DNA of 64,000 nt from Camelus ferus (GCF_009834535.1 NC_045696.1:21268001-21332000), one strand, 5' to 3'; positions 23,545 through 37,176 are shown, counted from the first letter of the stretch. A program made the numbers and translations. The notes: generated by a model from the letters alone, not told the origin.

Positions 23545-26500
23545 TGTATTTATTAATTTTAAAAGTTATTTTATGAAGCTTATATTCCAAGGTGGTAAAC
23601 ACACAGAAAGTAAAGTCCTTATGTATAAATAAATTTCATAATATTTCAGACAATATATATTTTGGAAAAATCAGCAGGGTAAATCAGATCAGGAATACTA
23701 GCAGCTGAGCATTTGCTCTTTACATTTTGTTTTAAAAACAAAACTAAAATAATACATTTTCAATAGAAATATCAGTTCTCTGACAACAGATATTTTTAAT
23801 TGTTACTTAATTTATTCCAGTCTTAGTCATATTTTTTTTTAATTGAGGAATCCAAAAAAATTTGTCAGATTCAGGGAGTGGAGCAAGTCGGTAAACAAGG
23901 TAAGACAGCTTACAAAACCTTCTTCCAACACAGGTGGCACTGGACAAATAAAATACCTAGTTGCTGACAATTTAGTTTGTAAACTACTAAAACGGAGAGG
24001 TGGAAAATATACTCATTATTTTAACAGACATGTTTGATCTTAAAGAGCTAACTTTGGACAAAGGAAAACATAGTGAAAGAAATGTATTTTCCATGAGAAA
24101 TTTTTTATTAATATTAGTCTCCTATAGAATGCATCACCAAATGTAACTGTTTTAAGTTTTCTATTTTAACTTATCTAGAATCCTCTACCAGGCACATAAT
24201 CAAATATATGCTTTCCAGTAAATACAGCAATGGTATTCTGGCTATGGAGCCTGATGGGAAAACTAGCTGATTGGGGGTGGGAGGGAGGTAAGGAGAGGGA
24301 AGGAGAAAAGAAAAGAAAGGATTAGGAACCTTCTGTGAAAGGTAACTTTTCAAAGGTCTATACTTTTTTAAACATAAATAAAATTCAAGACTTTATGATG
24401 AATAAAAGTATTCCAGACATTAACATCCTGGCCAAAGAACCTCAAATAGCAAATGATTCATTGTTCCAAAAGGCAGTGCATTCAATCATAAGGAAAAAAT
24501 AAAATTCTCTTCCCATAACTGATGAAATAGCAGTCTGGTGCGCTCAGACATTTCTATCTAGCTTTATTTAGAAATTTTGATTCTCTTACAAAAAACGTAG
24601 GGCTCAAGATCTTTAAAAGGAAGATTTAATGGAAGTTGAAGTATCCTCTATAAATCATGTGAGGTTCTTGCAGGATTATAAGCCATATAAGTGGCAGCAG
24701 TTATAACGTCAGTATTTTGGTTGTCAACTGAAAAATATTGCTCATGGTTAATGTCACTATTAGAAAAAAATCATTTAAGAAACTGTGCTGAAGCCATGTG
24801 CTCTCTTTGAAAGGAACTGGTGGAAGAAGAATCAGCTATAATTAAGAAGGGAAAGATGAAATTTTACTTAAATTAAAAATATATATGTTACAACAGGGGC
24901 TTCATTTTGAAAAACTAAGATTGCTTGAATAGTAATTTCACAGGAAAATCAGTTTGTCTTTGGAATACTTTTTAGGACACTTAACATTCAATAAATAAAT
25001 ACTACAAGTGAAAACTTTACTGTCTGAAGTTGAATTTTCCAAAGTAGTGATTAAGTAAATAACACAAAACCATCTTTCAGAATGTTTCTGGGGCTTAGTC
25101 TTCAGTGATGCCAGATAGGTGATGAAAAAAATATTGATAATACAGAGTTTCTCAGAGCAGAGGATCTTTGGACAAAAGCTGCATTTTTAATATATTACCA
25201 GTCTGTGACTATTTAGAGTTCATGTTTGTTCTGAGATGTTCTAAGGGCTAAGACTTATTTGAAAACCCTCTTATTGTGACACAGTGTAAATATATGTATT
25301 AGCTAGGAGTATAACATACTTTGCATCCATTTAAACCTTTACATTGTTACACACACACACACGCGCGCCTGTGCACATGCATGCCCACACGAATGTATAC
25401 GTGTATATATATACATATACACAATTAGTTTATATTTATTGTGTATAAGAACATGATCTGCTTAAAATATTGAAATCAACATTTTTTTAAAAAGTTATAA
25501 ACTAGCAAGGGATTGCAAAAGGGCTTTTAACAATACTTAGTTTGTATTTAGCTTCTTTAATAGATTTGAAATCCATTTCAATTATTTACAAAATGATTGA
25601 CTGAAAACTTTAATTCAAACATGTATTGTATTCAGGGTACCTTGGTACACTGTGTTTATTTAGCTATCTGATAATACACCACAAGGCAAAAGCATTGCAC
25701 CACATTTGCCTTTATCTTATCTATTAGTACACCCACATGCATAAATAACTACTGTGTTCTAGTTTATACATCAAATTGCTATGCACAATTAAGCTTTTGT
25801 ATTTGGATTCTAAGGAGATAATTTTTGTCACTCCAAAGTATGAATAGATCCCAAAAGAAGAAGGGATACACAGGTGAATGTAAAGTTAGGAACAAAATAA
25901 CGTTAGATAAAATTTCTTGGTATAAATATAATTAAAGTTCAAAGCTATTTTCATGCAAAATTACTAGCTAATATACTCACCATGTTTTTTTTTTTAATTG
26001 TTAGACCTTAATACAGTGTTATCCCTTGATTTTGAAGTAGGAAATCCAGAACAACATTTCTATCTATGTAGGTTTCTCTGTTTCAGATACAGATATTTCA
26101 GAAAGTAAGACTTGTGCTTTTCCTTTATATCTGTTTAGGAAAATATACTAGTTAGAAGTAATTATTCCCAGAAGAAGCACAGAGGGAGATTCAAAATAGT
26201 TAGTGTAGATTAAATATTAGAGTGGAAATTTCTTCAGCTGAGACTTGGTAGAAAATATTTCCTGTGTTAGGGGCATGGATTAGTGTCTTCCTTCCCTCAC
26301 AGAACTAACCAAGATTGAAAGTGAGCTTCTACTGAGGCATCTTGGGTTTAGAATAGGTAATGCACTCCTGATGCAGCGGCATCAAGAGGTCGTTTTTAAT
26401 TCTATTGTGTTAGCTGACAAGTTTTCATCTCTCCACTTGGAGACCTAGTGTATTAGTCTACAACTTGTGCATAAATTAACGAATTCTAAACCTTTAAACA

Positions 26501-26659
26501 TCAGAACTGAATAAAAATCCAGGCTAGCTCTCTAATCTTCTTTATTATTCCACTAATTAATCTTGTAGCTTTTGTGTGAACACTTTTCTATGATTGAAAA
26601 CCTAATAACATGATAATAATATTGACATCTTAATAATTCGTTTCAAAACTGCTGTCCTT

Positions 26660-26790
26660 ACAGCACCCATAAAATTGTGAGATGGGAGTAAGTGTTATTA
26701 CCATTCTACAGATGTGATACTGAGATTCAGAAGTCACATTACTCACTCAAGCTCCCAAATCTCAAAAGCGGCAGCTCCGTCTTTGGATTC
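26660..26790 (-). mobile_element. MIR fragment
   Basis: 'ttattaccattctacagatgtgatactgagattcaga' is the MIR core in reverse. Confidence 0.55.
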
Positions 26791-27189
26791 AAAAGTTAAG
26801 TTCCTTGCCCATGGTATTGGATCCCCTGCGTCTTGGATCCTCTGTGGTTAAATGAATTTTTCTTTTCTGTTAAGGATGTTACCTTTCAAGCTATTTCAGT
26901 ACAAAATCATTGTTCCATAAAGACCAAATTTCTCCTTATCCTGTTACCCATTGGTCGCAATTACTTTAATATAATTAATTTATATAATAATATAATTATA
27001 GATTAATATATCATTGATTATGTAATAATATATTTTATCCTTTATGTGCATATTGTTCCTACTATTACCCTCATCCAAAATAAAAGGAAAAAGGAAAAAA
27101 AACTTTATTTCTCTTAGCTGGTCTTCCCAATTTACTCTATAAACTCTCTCTTAACTTTTTGGTTTCAAATATATTATTCCCTCAGGCCT

Positions 27190-27540
27190 ATATTCAAAAA
27201 CAGTTAATAACACCATGTTATGTTCTATGCCTTATGCTGTGTTCTGGGGTCACAAATGTAAACCAGACAAACATGGCTTTTCTTCTAATGAATGATATTG
27301 ATACATAATGAACAAGTAAACAAAAAAATATATAGAGACTGAAAATATCAAGTTCTTTGAAGCATGGAACTAGAATTCTGTAACAGAGGCTAATGGGGGC
27401 AGAGCAGGGGGAGGGCCACTTTAGATCAGGAAGTGCTTTAGAGCAGGAGAGAATAAAATGAAAAATGAAGGGTGAGAAAGCCAAGCATGAGGTTAGCTAC
27501 ACGTCGAATACTCCAGGCAGAGGAACAGTAAATACAGACA
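27190..27540 (-). mobile_element. L2 3' fragment
   Basis: 'tgttctatgccttatgctgtgttctgggg...ccagacaaacatgg...actttagatcagg...ctccaggcagaggaacagtaaatac'. Confidence 0.7.
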
Positions 27541-28489
27541 AATCCTCTCAATCCTGGTCACTCACATTTTAACACATTCCTTGTCAGTATGTGAGGGCTG
27601 AAAATAAAGACAGTTTATTCATCTCCTGAAGGACATCTTTGTTGCATCCAAGTTTTGGTAATTATTAATAAAGCTGCTATAGGTAGAATAGTGGTACCAT
27701 TTTCTTCTGAAATTAGAGTAATATTTGTTATCTTTCTGTGAAGTCTAGCACTGTAGACATAATTTTTTATTCAACTAATCATTATACTTAACCTCATTTA
27801 GTCTCTTCATCATACCGACTGCTTTTCCTAAATACATTTTTTATTTGCTCATTTTCTACTACTTTTAGTAACAGATTTAAAAATTACTCAACTAGTTAAC
27901 GTTTTTCCTTCCTCCAAACTAATTAATCACCCTTTTGGATCAATACTAGTGGACACTTTCCTGACTTTCACATATATTTTCCTAAACGTCTTTATTTGCC
28001 AATAAAAAGAAAACCACCTTTGTATTTTTCACCTTTCTATGATCAGTCGCGCTCTACATTGTTTATTCTTAGACAGATGAAACTTGATGCTAATCATGCT
28101 CTCTCCCTAGTTTCACAAAACATTTTTTTCCCGGCACAGCTATTTTAAAAATTCCAAGGTTGGTATCCCACCAATAATTTTACAAATACACAGCATTTTT
28201 ATAGATAGTAGATATTCATGCCTGCATAGTAACCATACTTTTAGCATATTTTATTACCTTTCCATTTTTACTGTCATAATGGACTCTGCTCTTCTAACAG
28301 ACCCAGTTGTTCATAATTGACTCATTAAAAACCTAACTCATCATCCTAATACCTTAAATTGCCACAACTTAGCCGGTGGGGGTCCCTTTTAGTTAGTACA
28401 CCAAGTATCTTCGAAAGAACCTTTACTCTTTCACCAAAACCAAAAGTGTTTTAGTCTCATCTTAGTTTTTCCCGGTCCAAATGCTTGAC

Positions 28490-28790
28490 ATTCTCCCCAA
28501 TTCTTCTGCATTCTTCCCTTTCGTTTCCCAGCCATCCTTGAACTGGGGTGGAGGTCATGTTATTAGTTCCTACCAATATATTGTGAGTGAAAGTGATGTG
28601 GGTACTCATGCAGTGATAATTCTAGAAGCAGATGCAGATAAGGTAGTATTACACAAGAAGGACACATCCTTGATGCCTAAGGCATCGGGTCACAGAGAGC
28701 CCAAACCAATCTTCCATGGAAAAAAATTAGTGTGTTAGTACCTGAGGTTTCAGAGTTTCTATTCAATTAAAATTGCTTTGCTAAAATAGA
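28490..28790 (+). mobile_element. MaLR LTR fragment (MLT1-like)
   Basis: 'tttcccagccatccttgaactggggtggaggtcatgttattagttcctaccaatatattgtgagtgaaagtgatgtg'. Confidence 0.5.
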
Positions 28791-29203
28791 GAAATGGTTT
28801 GAGATAACCTGTGAACACAGGAAAAGAAGACACCAACGCTGTGAAGCAATTAAAGAAATAAAAAAAATTACAATGATGATTATAATACACTTTGGATACA
28901 CCAACTAACAGAAGATTAGCAGTGTTTGTCAGTACAGAATACAACAAATGGAATAGAAAATTATTCAAAGGTGCAACACAGACCATTTCCCTACAATGAA
29001 AGAAGAAGCAAATCTGCAAAATGAAAATGAACCACATTCCATGAAAAATGAAACAGCAAGACTGAGATGGATCATTACTGACTGTTCAATATGTAGAATT
29101 TCAAAGATACAGAAAGGATTCTTCAAACATACAGGCAGAAAGGGCAAAGCCCATTCCAGTTAAGATGAGAATGTAAATTCACATTTTAAATATTCCGTCT
29201 CTC

Positions 29204-29782
29204 TGAAAAGGTAACTCTTAGAAAAAGTAATAGTTGCCCTCAGGAAGAAGATAAAGATCTCTTGGGCCATGCAATGCAATATAATCACAGAGGTAAGTAG
29301 AGGCTGAAGCCATGAGCCAGCTCTGACACAGGGAGCAGGCACAGAATACCAGGAGTGGGACTCTTGTACAATACAGGGGTCTAGAAACACCCCAGGTTCG
29401 GCAGGGCATGGGTCCAGGTGCACTTTGTTGAAACTGGACTGAAAAGCTTGTACAAAGGCTGATTGGCTCCATCTCACCTAGAAGGAGGACGTGATGGCAG
29501 AAGCCTCTCATAAAAGCTCACATGGTCCAATCCAGGCTGGAGCTGTCTCTACTGGCCCTCTTGGCTGACAGCTCCCTGCTCAAATGCCTTTTCCTCAGTC
29601 AAGTGCTTTTTTTTCTTCTCTTCTCCCTGTTCGAGCACTTTCCTTCCATTTCCCCTTCTAAGCAATAAAGCAGCTGTTTACTTTGTCCGTGTGCCTCTGC
29701 TATGCGAATTCTTTCACAACCGGCAGCAAGGGCCCACACTTTGGTGAGTTTCCTAATTTAGGGGTCCCTCTATCTGCTAACA
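29204..29782 (+). mobile_element. Endogenous retroviral solo LTR (family unassigned)
   Basis: GC-richer block with ordered ATTGG (29462), CATAAAA (29509), AATAAA (29664), U5-like 'gaattctttcacaaccggcagcaagggccc' and end 'ctgctaaca'; no TSD found, so the 5' boundary is uncertain. Confidence 0.7.
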
Positions 29783-30313
29783 AATTCACTATTCCTCTCT
29801 TCCCTTTTCAAACTACTCACTTAGATCCTGGAGATCTTTTTCTTGCACTATCTTCCCCATTGCAACAAATAAACAAAATACCTGTCAGTTCTTTCCCTCC
29901 ACTTGCCCTGAGCCCCAGGCTAGGTTGGAATGAGCCTTTTAACTGCTAGTAATAAGGGTCTCTGTCAGCCATCAAAATCCATTTGCATTCAATCAACAGT
30001 TGAATGAGTTCCTTATTTTCTTGTCATTTAGGTGCAGGGAACCTATTTTTAATTTAGTAAAGGATTAAAATACACTAGCTGCCAAGTGAGATAGCCGCAG
30101 AATCTTGGTAGTTATATGCTGATTTAGACATAGAATTCAATATGCATGTTCCCAATGGGTAGAAAAGTCTCCAAGTGGTGATTCAGGGACCATCTTATGT
30201 CTTCACCATCTTTACCATCCAACTTGCAAATTCATCATTTTAAAATGCATTAATCTCATAAAATAGAAAAGAATGTTTAGGATCAAATGAGGAATATTTT
30301 TATGACACAAGCC

Positions 30314-31255
30314 TGTGGCCTCACAATCTTGGGAGTTCCAGGATGTAATCTTTTTTTTTTTTTTTTTTTTTTTTTTGGCAGAGTGTAATCTGAAACCAGC
30401 CCCCATATATGGACAGCAGGGAGAGACCTCAGAAAGAGGCAGACTGTTACCCAATGCAAGTTCGTGTGCCCAAGGCAGCATGAGCCCAAACAAACCAAAA
30501 CATCAGTGTTCAGAGCAGAGAAAGGTTTATTGTTGGGCTGAGCAAGGAGGACAGGGTGGATCGTACACAAGAAAACTCGAAACTCTCCTAAGGGTTTCAG
30601 CCAAGCATAATTAAAGGCCAGGTAAGGGAAGGGGGTCACAGGGTACTTGATCAGCTTGTGCATAATTCTCTGATTGGTTGATGCTGAGGTAACAGGGTGG
30701 TTAACATGATTAATTCTTAGGTGCCGGAGGGTCTAGGCGCTAAAGTTCTCATGATCATGAAGTGGTTAATCTCTTCCATTTGGTGGTGGTTTTTAGCATC
30801 TGAAAAACTCAGGAAATATGCATGAGATACTATTACCTGGTACTTCAGAGAGGAGCTATAGCAGAGGATAAGGGGAAGAGTCTGTCCTCTGAAGGCGTCA
30901 CAGGATCCTGTTCGGTTACAAGACCATTTCAGACTGATGGGTGACGAGCTCAATATGAAAAGGGACTTACATACGAGGCTTGTTTGTGCAGCTCAACATG
31001 AGTGGATCTCCTCACCCACCCACCAGAACCTTGAAAGTTTATACAGAGATGTTAACTGGGTTAGTCACGTACACCATTGAGATGGTCTTAGCAACATATT
31101 GCTCTTTCAAGACTGAGTCCTTGAAAACGGATCCCACCATGGGAACAGTTGGGGAAGCATGAATTCCAAGGGCAGGGAGGGGGTGAGGAGTGATGGCCTA
31201 GGTCCAATTCTCAGATCAACTGGTGGTTATGTCCTTTGGGTTATCTCTTCAAACA
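30314..31255 (-). mobile_element. Outer solo LTR (probably ERVL class) interrupted by two insertions
   Basis: TG (30314)...CA (31255) with 5-bp TSD aagcc / aggcc; the sequence reads through across the nested element; reversed TATA-like 'gtttata' near 31040. Confidence 0.7.
30445..30920 (-). mobile_element. ERV1-class solo LTR (476 bp), nested
   Basis: tgttac...gttaca termini, perfect 4-bp TSD AGAC (30441-30444, 30921-30924), reversed polyA signal tttatt near 30526; homologous to 43473-44091. Confidence 0.9.
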
Positions 31256-32749
31256 AGGCCCAGAAAAAGAATACTTTTTTCCCCCTTGCATTCCCAGAAC
31301 TAGAGCTTAATAACAAGATCAGACACACTTAACTGCAAGGGAGGCTGATAACATAATATAATTATGTGCCAAGGTCAAAAAAAGAAATGAGTCAGACTTA
31401 TAGTGTGCTCTGGCCTAAACATCAGTTAAAATTAGCATACACAAAAGGAAGAAAAACTCAAAAGAATGAAAAGAAGGTTCTTTAACCACCTGTGGCTTTA
31501 GTGTTTTGCCCATTTTCAACTGAAAAGAAATGAAAAGTTTTTAATTAAAAGCCATTTGTCTTTATAAGTACAGATAATACTATTTAAGAAACTGAATTTA
31601 ACCCTCAGGTCAAATCCTGGATTTTGTTAATTTTATAGAATTCTTTTATGTTCGTAAAGTAGAATAGTAAAGACGTATTTATCATTGGTCACCTTCAAGA
31701 TACCTAATAATTCACATGCGCCATTTAATTCACTGTCATGTTAAAACCTCCACTTTAGGTTCTTAGCTACTTTTTCTTAGGAGCTAGAGCCCTTTTAAAA
31801 AATGGTACGCTAAATTTTTTTGTTGGAGAGATTCCAGTTCCAGAGTAGCTTAAATACAAGAGTGGAAAACTAGGGGCCCGCTTCCTGGAGATGTCTCTTT
31901 TTCCCCAAGTGGTCCCCAATGAAGCGTCTCAGGACCCACAGATCTCTGTGGAGCAGTGATGTCGGCTATGATTCCAAAGCATTTGGACTCGTCTCCATGC
32001 AGAGAGAGGTTACAGCAATGCACACCTACAGAAGCATCATGCATTTTAATTCTATGGATGATGTCTGTTGTAAATGATTTCAATAATATTTTTATTACTT
32101 TATCTGAATCCCATGTCTTTCAAGTTCTAACCAGTTTAACAGGCTTTTTCACAATAATTTTAACATTATGTTTAGTAAAAGACACATAACCAAACATACT
32201 CACATACACAATTTTCACTGTGCAAATTTTACACTATTAAGCACATAGATTCAAAGGTATATATTCCTTCTATGAAAGAAACTATTAGAAAGTTTCTGCA
32301 GAAGGGTAGGGGGATGAGAGTGGGAAGTTGAAAATATTCCTGGTTAAAAAAATAGATGTTTGCATTGCAATAAATTATCTTTCTCTACTTTGGTAGCACT
32401 GTGTTCTATAACCCACTCTTATTGTTTTGTTGCCAAGAACACATCAATGCTATTTTATTTTGGGAATAGAGATAAATAATCAGACTAATTATTTGGAAGA
32501 TTGATTTTGGGGAGAAGGAAGAAAATGATTAAGTTACTAATTGTAATGTTCAACCACATGGGCTTACATAAGTATAACACTTGACAGTTCTCTTTAAAGA
32601 AGTAGTGAATTGAATTTTCTGTTATTTCTTCATTCTGCTCGCTGTTGAGAGCCATGGGATTAGTGTCAGTGGTTTCAGAGTGCATGGGTTTTTCATTTCT
32701 GCATTAATCAAGACACCTTATGCAAAGAGGCAAAAAAACATAACAGACA

Positions 32750-32925
32750 AGAGTACAGGCTCAAGATTCCAACTGTCTGAATTCTTACTAAATTCTAGAA
32801 TAACCTCAATATTCTAAACTTTATAATTAAAAAAAAATGTGTATTTGTATAGAGTTGTCATGAAAATGAAATACAATAATACCTAGAGCTTAGACCTGCC
32901 AAATGACAGTTAATAAATGATTACT
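32750..32925 (+). mobile_element. MIR fragment
   Basis: 'aagagtacaggctc...atagagttgtcatgaaaatgaaat...gcttagacctgccaaatgacagttaataaatg'. Confidence 0.5.
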
Positions 32926-33409
32926 GCAGTAAACAAACACAACACATAAAACCAGGGTCCTTTATCTGAGAAAAAGACCTTCACAATTCATTTGCATACA
33001 ATGGACTATGAACCCTTCAGAATTCCATGATTCTAGAAAAACATTGCTTTAATGATACACCTGTAAATTCACATTGGTGCAGTTGAATAGTTCTTAGAAA
33101 TCTACTAATGATAAACAAAAATTAAGGAATAGTTTTTGACAAAATTATATCACGTATATGTTTGTATCTGTGTTGTATGAAGTTATCTAAGCTTACATAA
33201 TAATGGAGAACTCAAAGTACAGTACTGGCCCCCCATTTTTTAGTATCTATTATGGCACCAATAGTGAAATATTTAGGAAAGAGAAGCCTAGTAATACATT
33301 TGTAGTCTCATCTAAATTCTAACTTTGAACACTTTTAGGAATTTAGAGCATTAATTATTATGGTGATTATAGAAGTTGTAACTAAGATCGTAATTATGAT
33401 TGTGACAAT

Positions 33410-33660
33410 TTAAGAGCTTATTAAAGACCAAGTGCTTTGCTTATATATATACTATATATATGTATATGTATCGATAGAGAGAGAGTGTGCTAATTGATAT
33501 GTATAATTATTTGATTTCATACTCACAATTATATGATTTCATTTATTGCTGTTGGCACTTTATACATGTAGAAACAAGTATCTTTGCCAAAGCCTCATAG
33601 TGCTATTGTGACAAAGACAAAGTTAGGATAAAAATCTGCCCCTATTAGACTTCAAATCTG
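33410..33660 (-). mobile_element. MIR fragment with internal (TA)n expansion
   Basis: 'gagcttattaaagaccaagtgctttgc...cactttatacatgtagaaac...tttgccaaagcctcatag...gacttcaaatctg'. Confidence 0.45.
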
Positions 33661-34149
33661 GTGTTTATGAGAGCAAGATAAATGGATCACGCAAAATGGT
33701 GAAATCTCAAATTCCTTCTTATCCCCATATTTTAAAAGAGAAATCAAGTAAAGGCCAAAATAACAGGTTGTGTATACAAAGCAAATATATTGCTATAAGA
33801 GACAAAAAAATTAAAACCAAAAGCATTTTGAGCTATTAATAAAAGGAATTGGTCCCAATCCAGTTTTTCTGTCTTTGGAAATAATCTGCAAAAATGGTGG
33901 TAACCTGAAGAGTCTGGAACTCACATTTTCTATTCACTCCATTTTGCTCCATGCCTAAATTTTTCCCACAACACTCATGTCCAACTTCATTTTATAACAT
34001 TTTAGTTACAGTTTGCTGATGGCCAAATTCAATGGATATATGATGAGCGTTATCTTAAGAGACATTTTGTAGAATGTGATGTTGTCAGTTACCTTTCCTT
34101 CAGGAAACTTTCTTCTCCCAGTTGATTTTCATGATGCCTCTTGCTTCAT

Positions 34150-34635
34150 TTAAGGGACAGGCTAAGTTTCTGTAATGTAGAAATTTAAAAAGAACAACAA
34201 CAACAACAACAACAGAGAAAAGAAAATACAGTTGCTTTTTATTTCTCTCCCCTTTGTTAAGTGAAGAGGCAGTCAGATGTTCCATGATGAACAAAGAGCT
34301 CTGTTCCATTAGGTGGTCCATAGATCTAAATTCCTTCTTCCTCATTTTTCCACATGTTGTCTTTATCCAGGTTGCCAAATCCAGATCACCATCCTTATGG
34401 TTCTGCTCCAGCCTATGGGCAGGTGAAGAGAATGGAGGGCAAAAATTTCCTTGTAGTAACATTCTATTTTTCTACCTTTGACCAAAATGTAGTCATATGG
34501 CCACATTTTCTTTTAAGGAAGCCTGGAAAATACAGTGTCTACCAAGGTGGCCATGGAACCATTTAAACCTCACTGTTACATTAACAAGATGAAGGGTCAA
34601 TGAATACTGGGCAAAAATGAACAGTCTCTGCTACA
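34150..34635 (-). mobile_element. MaLR solo LTR (MLT1I/J-like) with (AAC)n
   Basis: 'ttgaccaaaatgtagtcatatggccacattttcttttaaggaagcctggaaaatacagt...gaatactgggcaaaaatgaacagtctctgctaca'. Confidence 0.75.
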
Positions 34636-34749
34636 TTATATTTTCCATCTTTTGGACTTAGAATTCTATAATTTGAACCACTCTGGGCATCTTGTTTCAT
34701 TCTACCCACACACAAAAGTAAGACTTTATTCCTTCTCTTGATCTTCGTG

Positions 34750-36395
34750 ACTTGTTCAACATGAAACCAATGCTATGTAGTGTGTCTACTCCATGCTTAG
34801 TGGACAAAGGGCTAAGGATTACACTTTCTAGTCTCCTTTACTGATTGATCTCTTTAAAATTCCATCATGTAGACATATCTGTGTGGGATTTGTGAAGTGG
34901 AATTAAACCAGCTTAGGTGGAGATTGTGATTTTTGCTTCTGCTGCTGCTTTATGAAGCATGGTTTACCTGTGATGGCTGAGACAGAGATCTCATATTAAT
35001 TCCTAGCTTTGTGGGTAATGAGAAATTTGACATCAAGTATGAATTGTTGCTCAGCTATTATGACTCTGCCTATACTCAACAGTTTTGGAAAATTTGTAGC
35101 AATCCCTGGGTCACGGCAAAGGCAATTTACTGATGGTAACATTTTTGTAAACTGCTCTGATTATCGATGGAATATCAAATTCGTATTATACAGTCTTGGT
35201 GTGGAGAGATACTTCTGAAACCTGAGAGGCTTTCTGAAAAACATTATAATATCAGTATGATCAGAGGAAAATGTAGTAGAAGACTGCATGAACCTCATTC
35301 AAGCAGGACCTGGAAACGTCCAAAACTTTCAAATATATTTTGGGTATTACCACCAGTAAAAGGATACTGACAAGCTAAGAGGTTGACAGAGGGCAGGAAA
35401 AAAACATGAAATGAACAATAAAAAATACAAATGGTGAATACATCTGATTTCATGACAAGTTGAATACATGAGGGCTATCAAATTGCTGTAGATAGAATTT
35501 ACCCATGATCTACATTACATCTTGTGTTATCAAGCTAGCTAGCCATAAAATATATATAATAATAATTTTCCTCTGAAAGTTTATATGATACATTTTGATA
35601 GTGTATTTAGTATTTCATTCTTTAGTTTCAGGATATTTGTTCAGACTAAGAAAAAGGGGAAATAAACATCATTCAAAAGAGTTTCAATGACTGATCATTC
35701 TCCCATTTAGGGAAGAAGATAAGCACTCCTTTATTATAGGAAGTATAATTACATTTATTATAGGAAGTATAGTTGCATTATCTTAGTGAGGAGAATACAG
35801 AGAGTGTTTTATTACAGGTTGGAAGTTTAACTAGAGAGGAATTATGTGCTGGGGGCTCTGATTGGCCAATGGCTATGAGGACAATAGGAATGAAGAAAAT
35901 TATGTTATCCAAGTCTCTCCAAAACTCCTGTATGCTTTAATGTAAATTTATTTAGAAGGCAAAATATAATATTTTCCAGAGTTTCTCAGAACTCTTCTGC
36001 ATGTAACTTAAAGATGAAAATGAGCATCAGGTGATGAAAGCTGGGTTTCATTTGCTTTTTCTGCTGGAATGAAGGATCCTGGCGACATCTGTGTTTGTTA
36101 GTGTGTAGCTTTAATGTAGTTCACATCAATCAGATGATGATTGCTAGAGTGCAGACATCTATTTTGCTGATGTGGATCCTAACAAGAATCTGGGTGCCCA
36201 CCCTTGTGGTTGCAGCTTTCTGGGTCCTCAGCTTCCTGATCATGGCAGATGCAGATCGCATGGTAGACTGGATGAGGGTTTTTGTTTCTTTGTTTTTTGG
36301 GAATTCTGAAAGCTTAATTTTTAACCTGCCTCTTCTGGCATTTTAACAAATGTGTGCATCGCAGCAACTAATTGACCTAAGTCAATTTCTGCTTT
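34750..36395 (+). mobile_element. Possible decayed ERVL remnants (LTR33/41-like pieces and internal 3' segment)
   Basis: 'caagcaggacc...tttgggtattaccaccagtaaaagg...gctaagaggttgacagagggcagg' (35300-35400) resembles ERVL internal sequence; 'cagcttcctgatcatggcagatgcag' (36230-36255) resembles LTR33/41. Confidence 0.35.
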
Positions 36396-36397
36396 AA

Positions 36398-36970
36398 CTA
36401 GATAGGCTTTCAGATGGCCCCCAGTGAGCTCTAACTTCAGGTAGTCCCACTCTTGTGTACCCTCTCCTCTTGAATGTCAATGGGGCTTGAGATTTTACTT
36501 TTAATCTATAGAATACAGCAAACATCGTGGAGCACCACTTCCATAATTGGGTGACATAGGATTTTAACTTCCATCTTCCCTGCAAGACTCACTGTGGACT
36601 CTCTCCCTCATTGGTTTTGATGAGATACACTGTTGCATTGTGAGCTACCATATAAAGAAGCTCACTTGTCAAGGAATTGAGGGTAGCCTCCAGCCAACAA
36701 CAAGCACAAACAAAGATCCTCAGTCCAAAAACCCACAAGGAACCACATTATTCCAACAACAACATCAGCTTCAAAGTGGACCCTTTCCCAATAAAGACCT
36801 GAAGTAAGACCTCTGGGCCAACGGACACCTTAATTGAAGCCCTTTGAAGATCCTAAGGAAAATGCTCAGATAAATCATGCTAGAGTCCCTTCACACAGAA
36901 ACTGTGAGATAATAAATATATATTGTTATAGCTGGTAATTCACTAGACAACAATAGATACCCAATGCACA
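36398..36970 (+). mobile_element. MaLR solo LTR (MLT1E/F-like)
   Basis: 'agatggcccccagtga...caaggaattgagggtagcctccagccaaca...cacacagaaactgtgagataataaat...caatagataccca'. Confidence 0.85.
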
Positions 36971-37173
36971 CATAAATATTTATTTTTCTCTAATAAAATT
37001 CATCATCAATAAAATAAATTTTGTGACATCTCTGAATTGACAATTCTGAAATTTATTTTCTCACCTCAACTTCTTCCTTACTGCATCTCTTAAAGTTGCT
37101 GCCTGCTGAACAGCTTCTCATAATCTGCCCTTAAACTAACCTCCTATTTTATTCTCTATCTCAGTGAACATTC

Positions 37174-37176
<3 letters not shown>

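Noticed and set aside
28800..29150. A-rich coding-looking stretch considered as an endogenous viral fragment
   Set aside because: Better explained as a decayed L1 ORF1/HAL1-like piece ('atttcaaagatacagaaaggattcttcaaacatacaggcagaaa'); no long ORF on that strand
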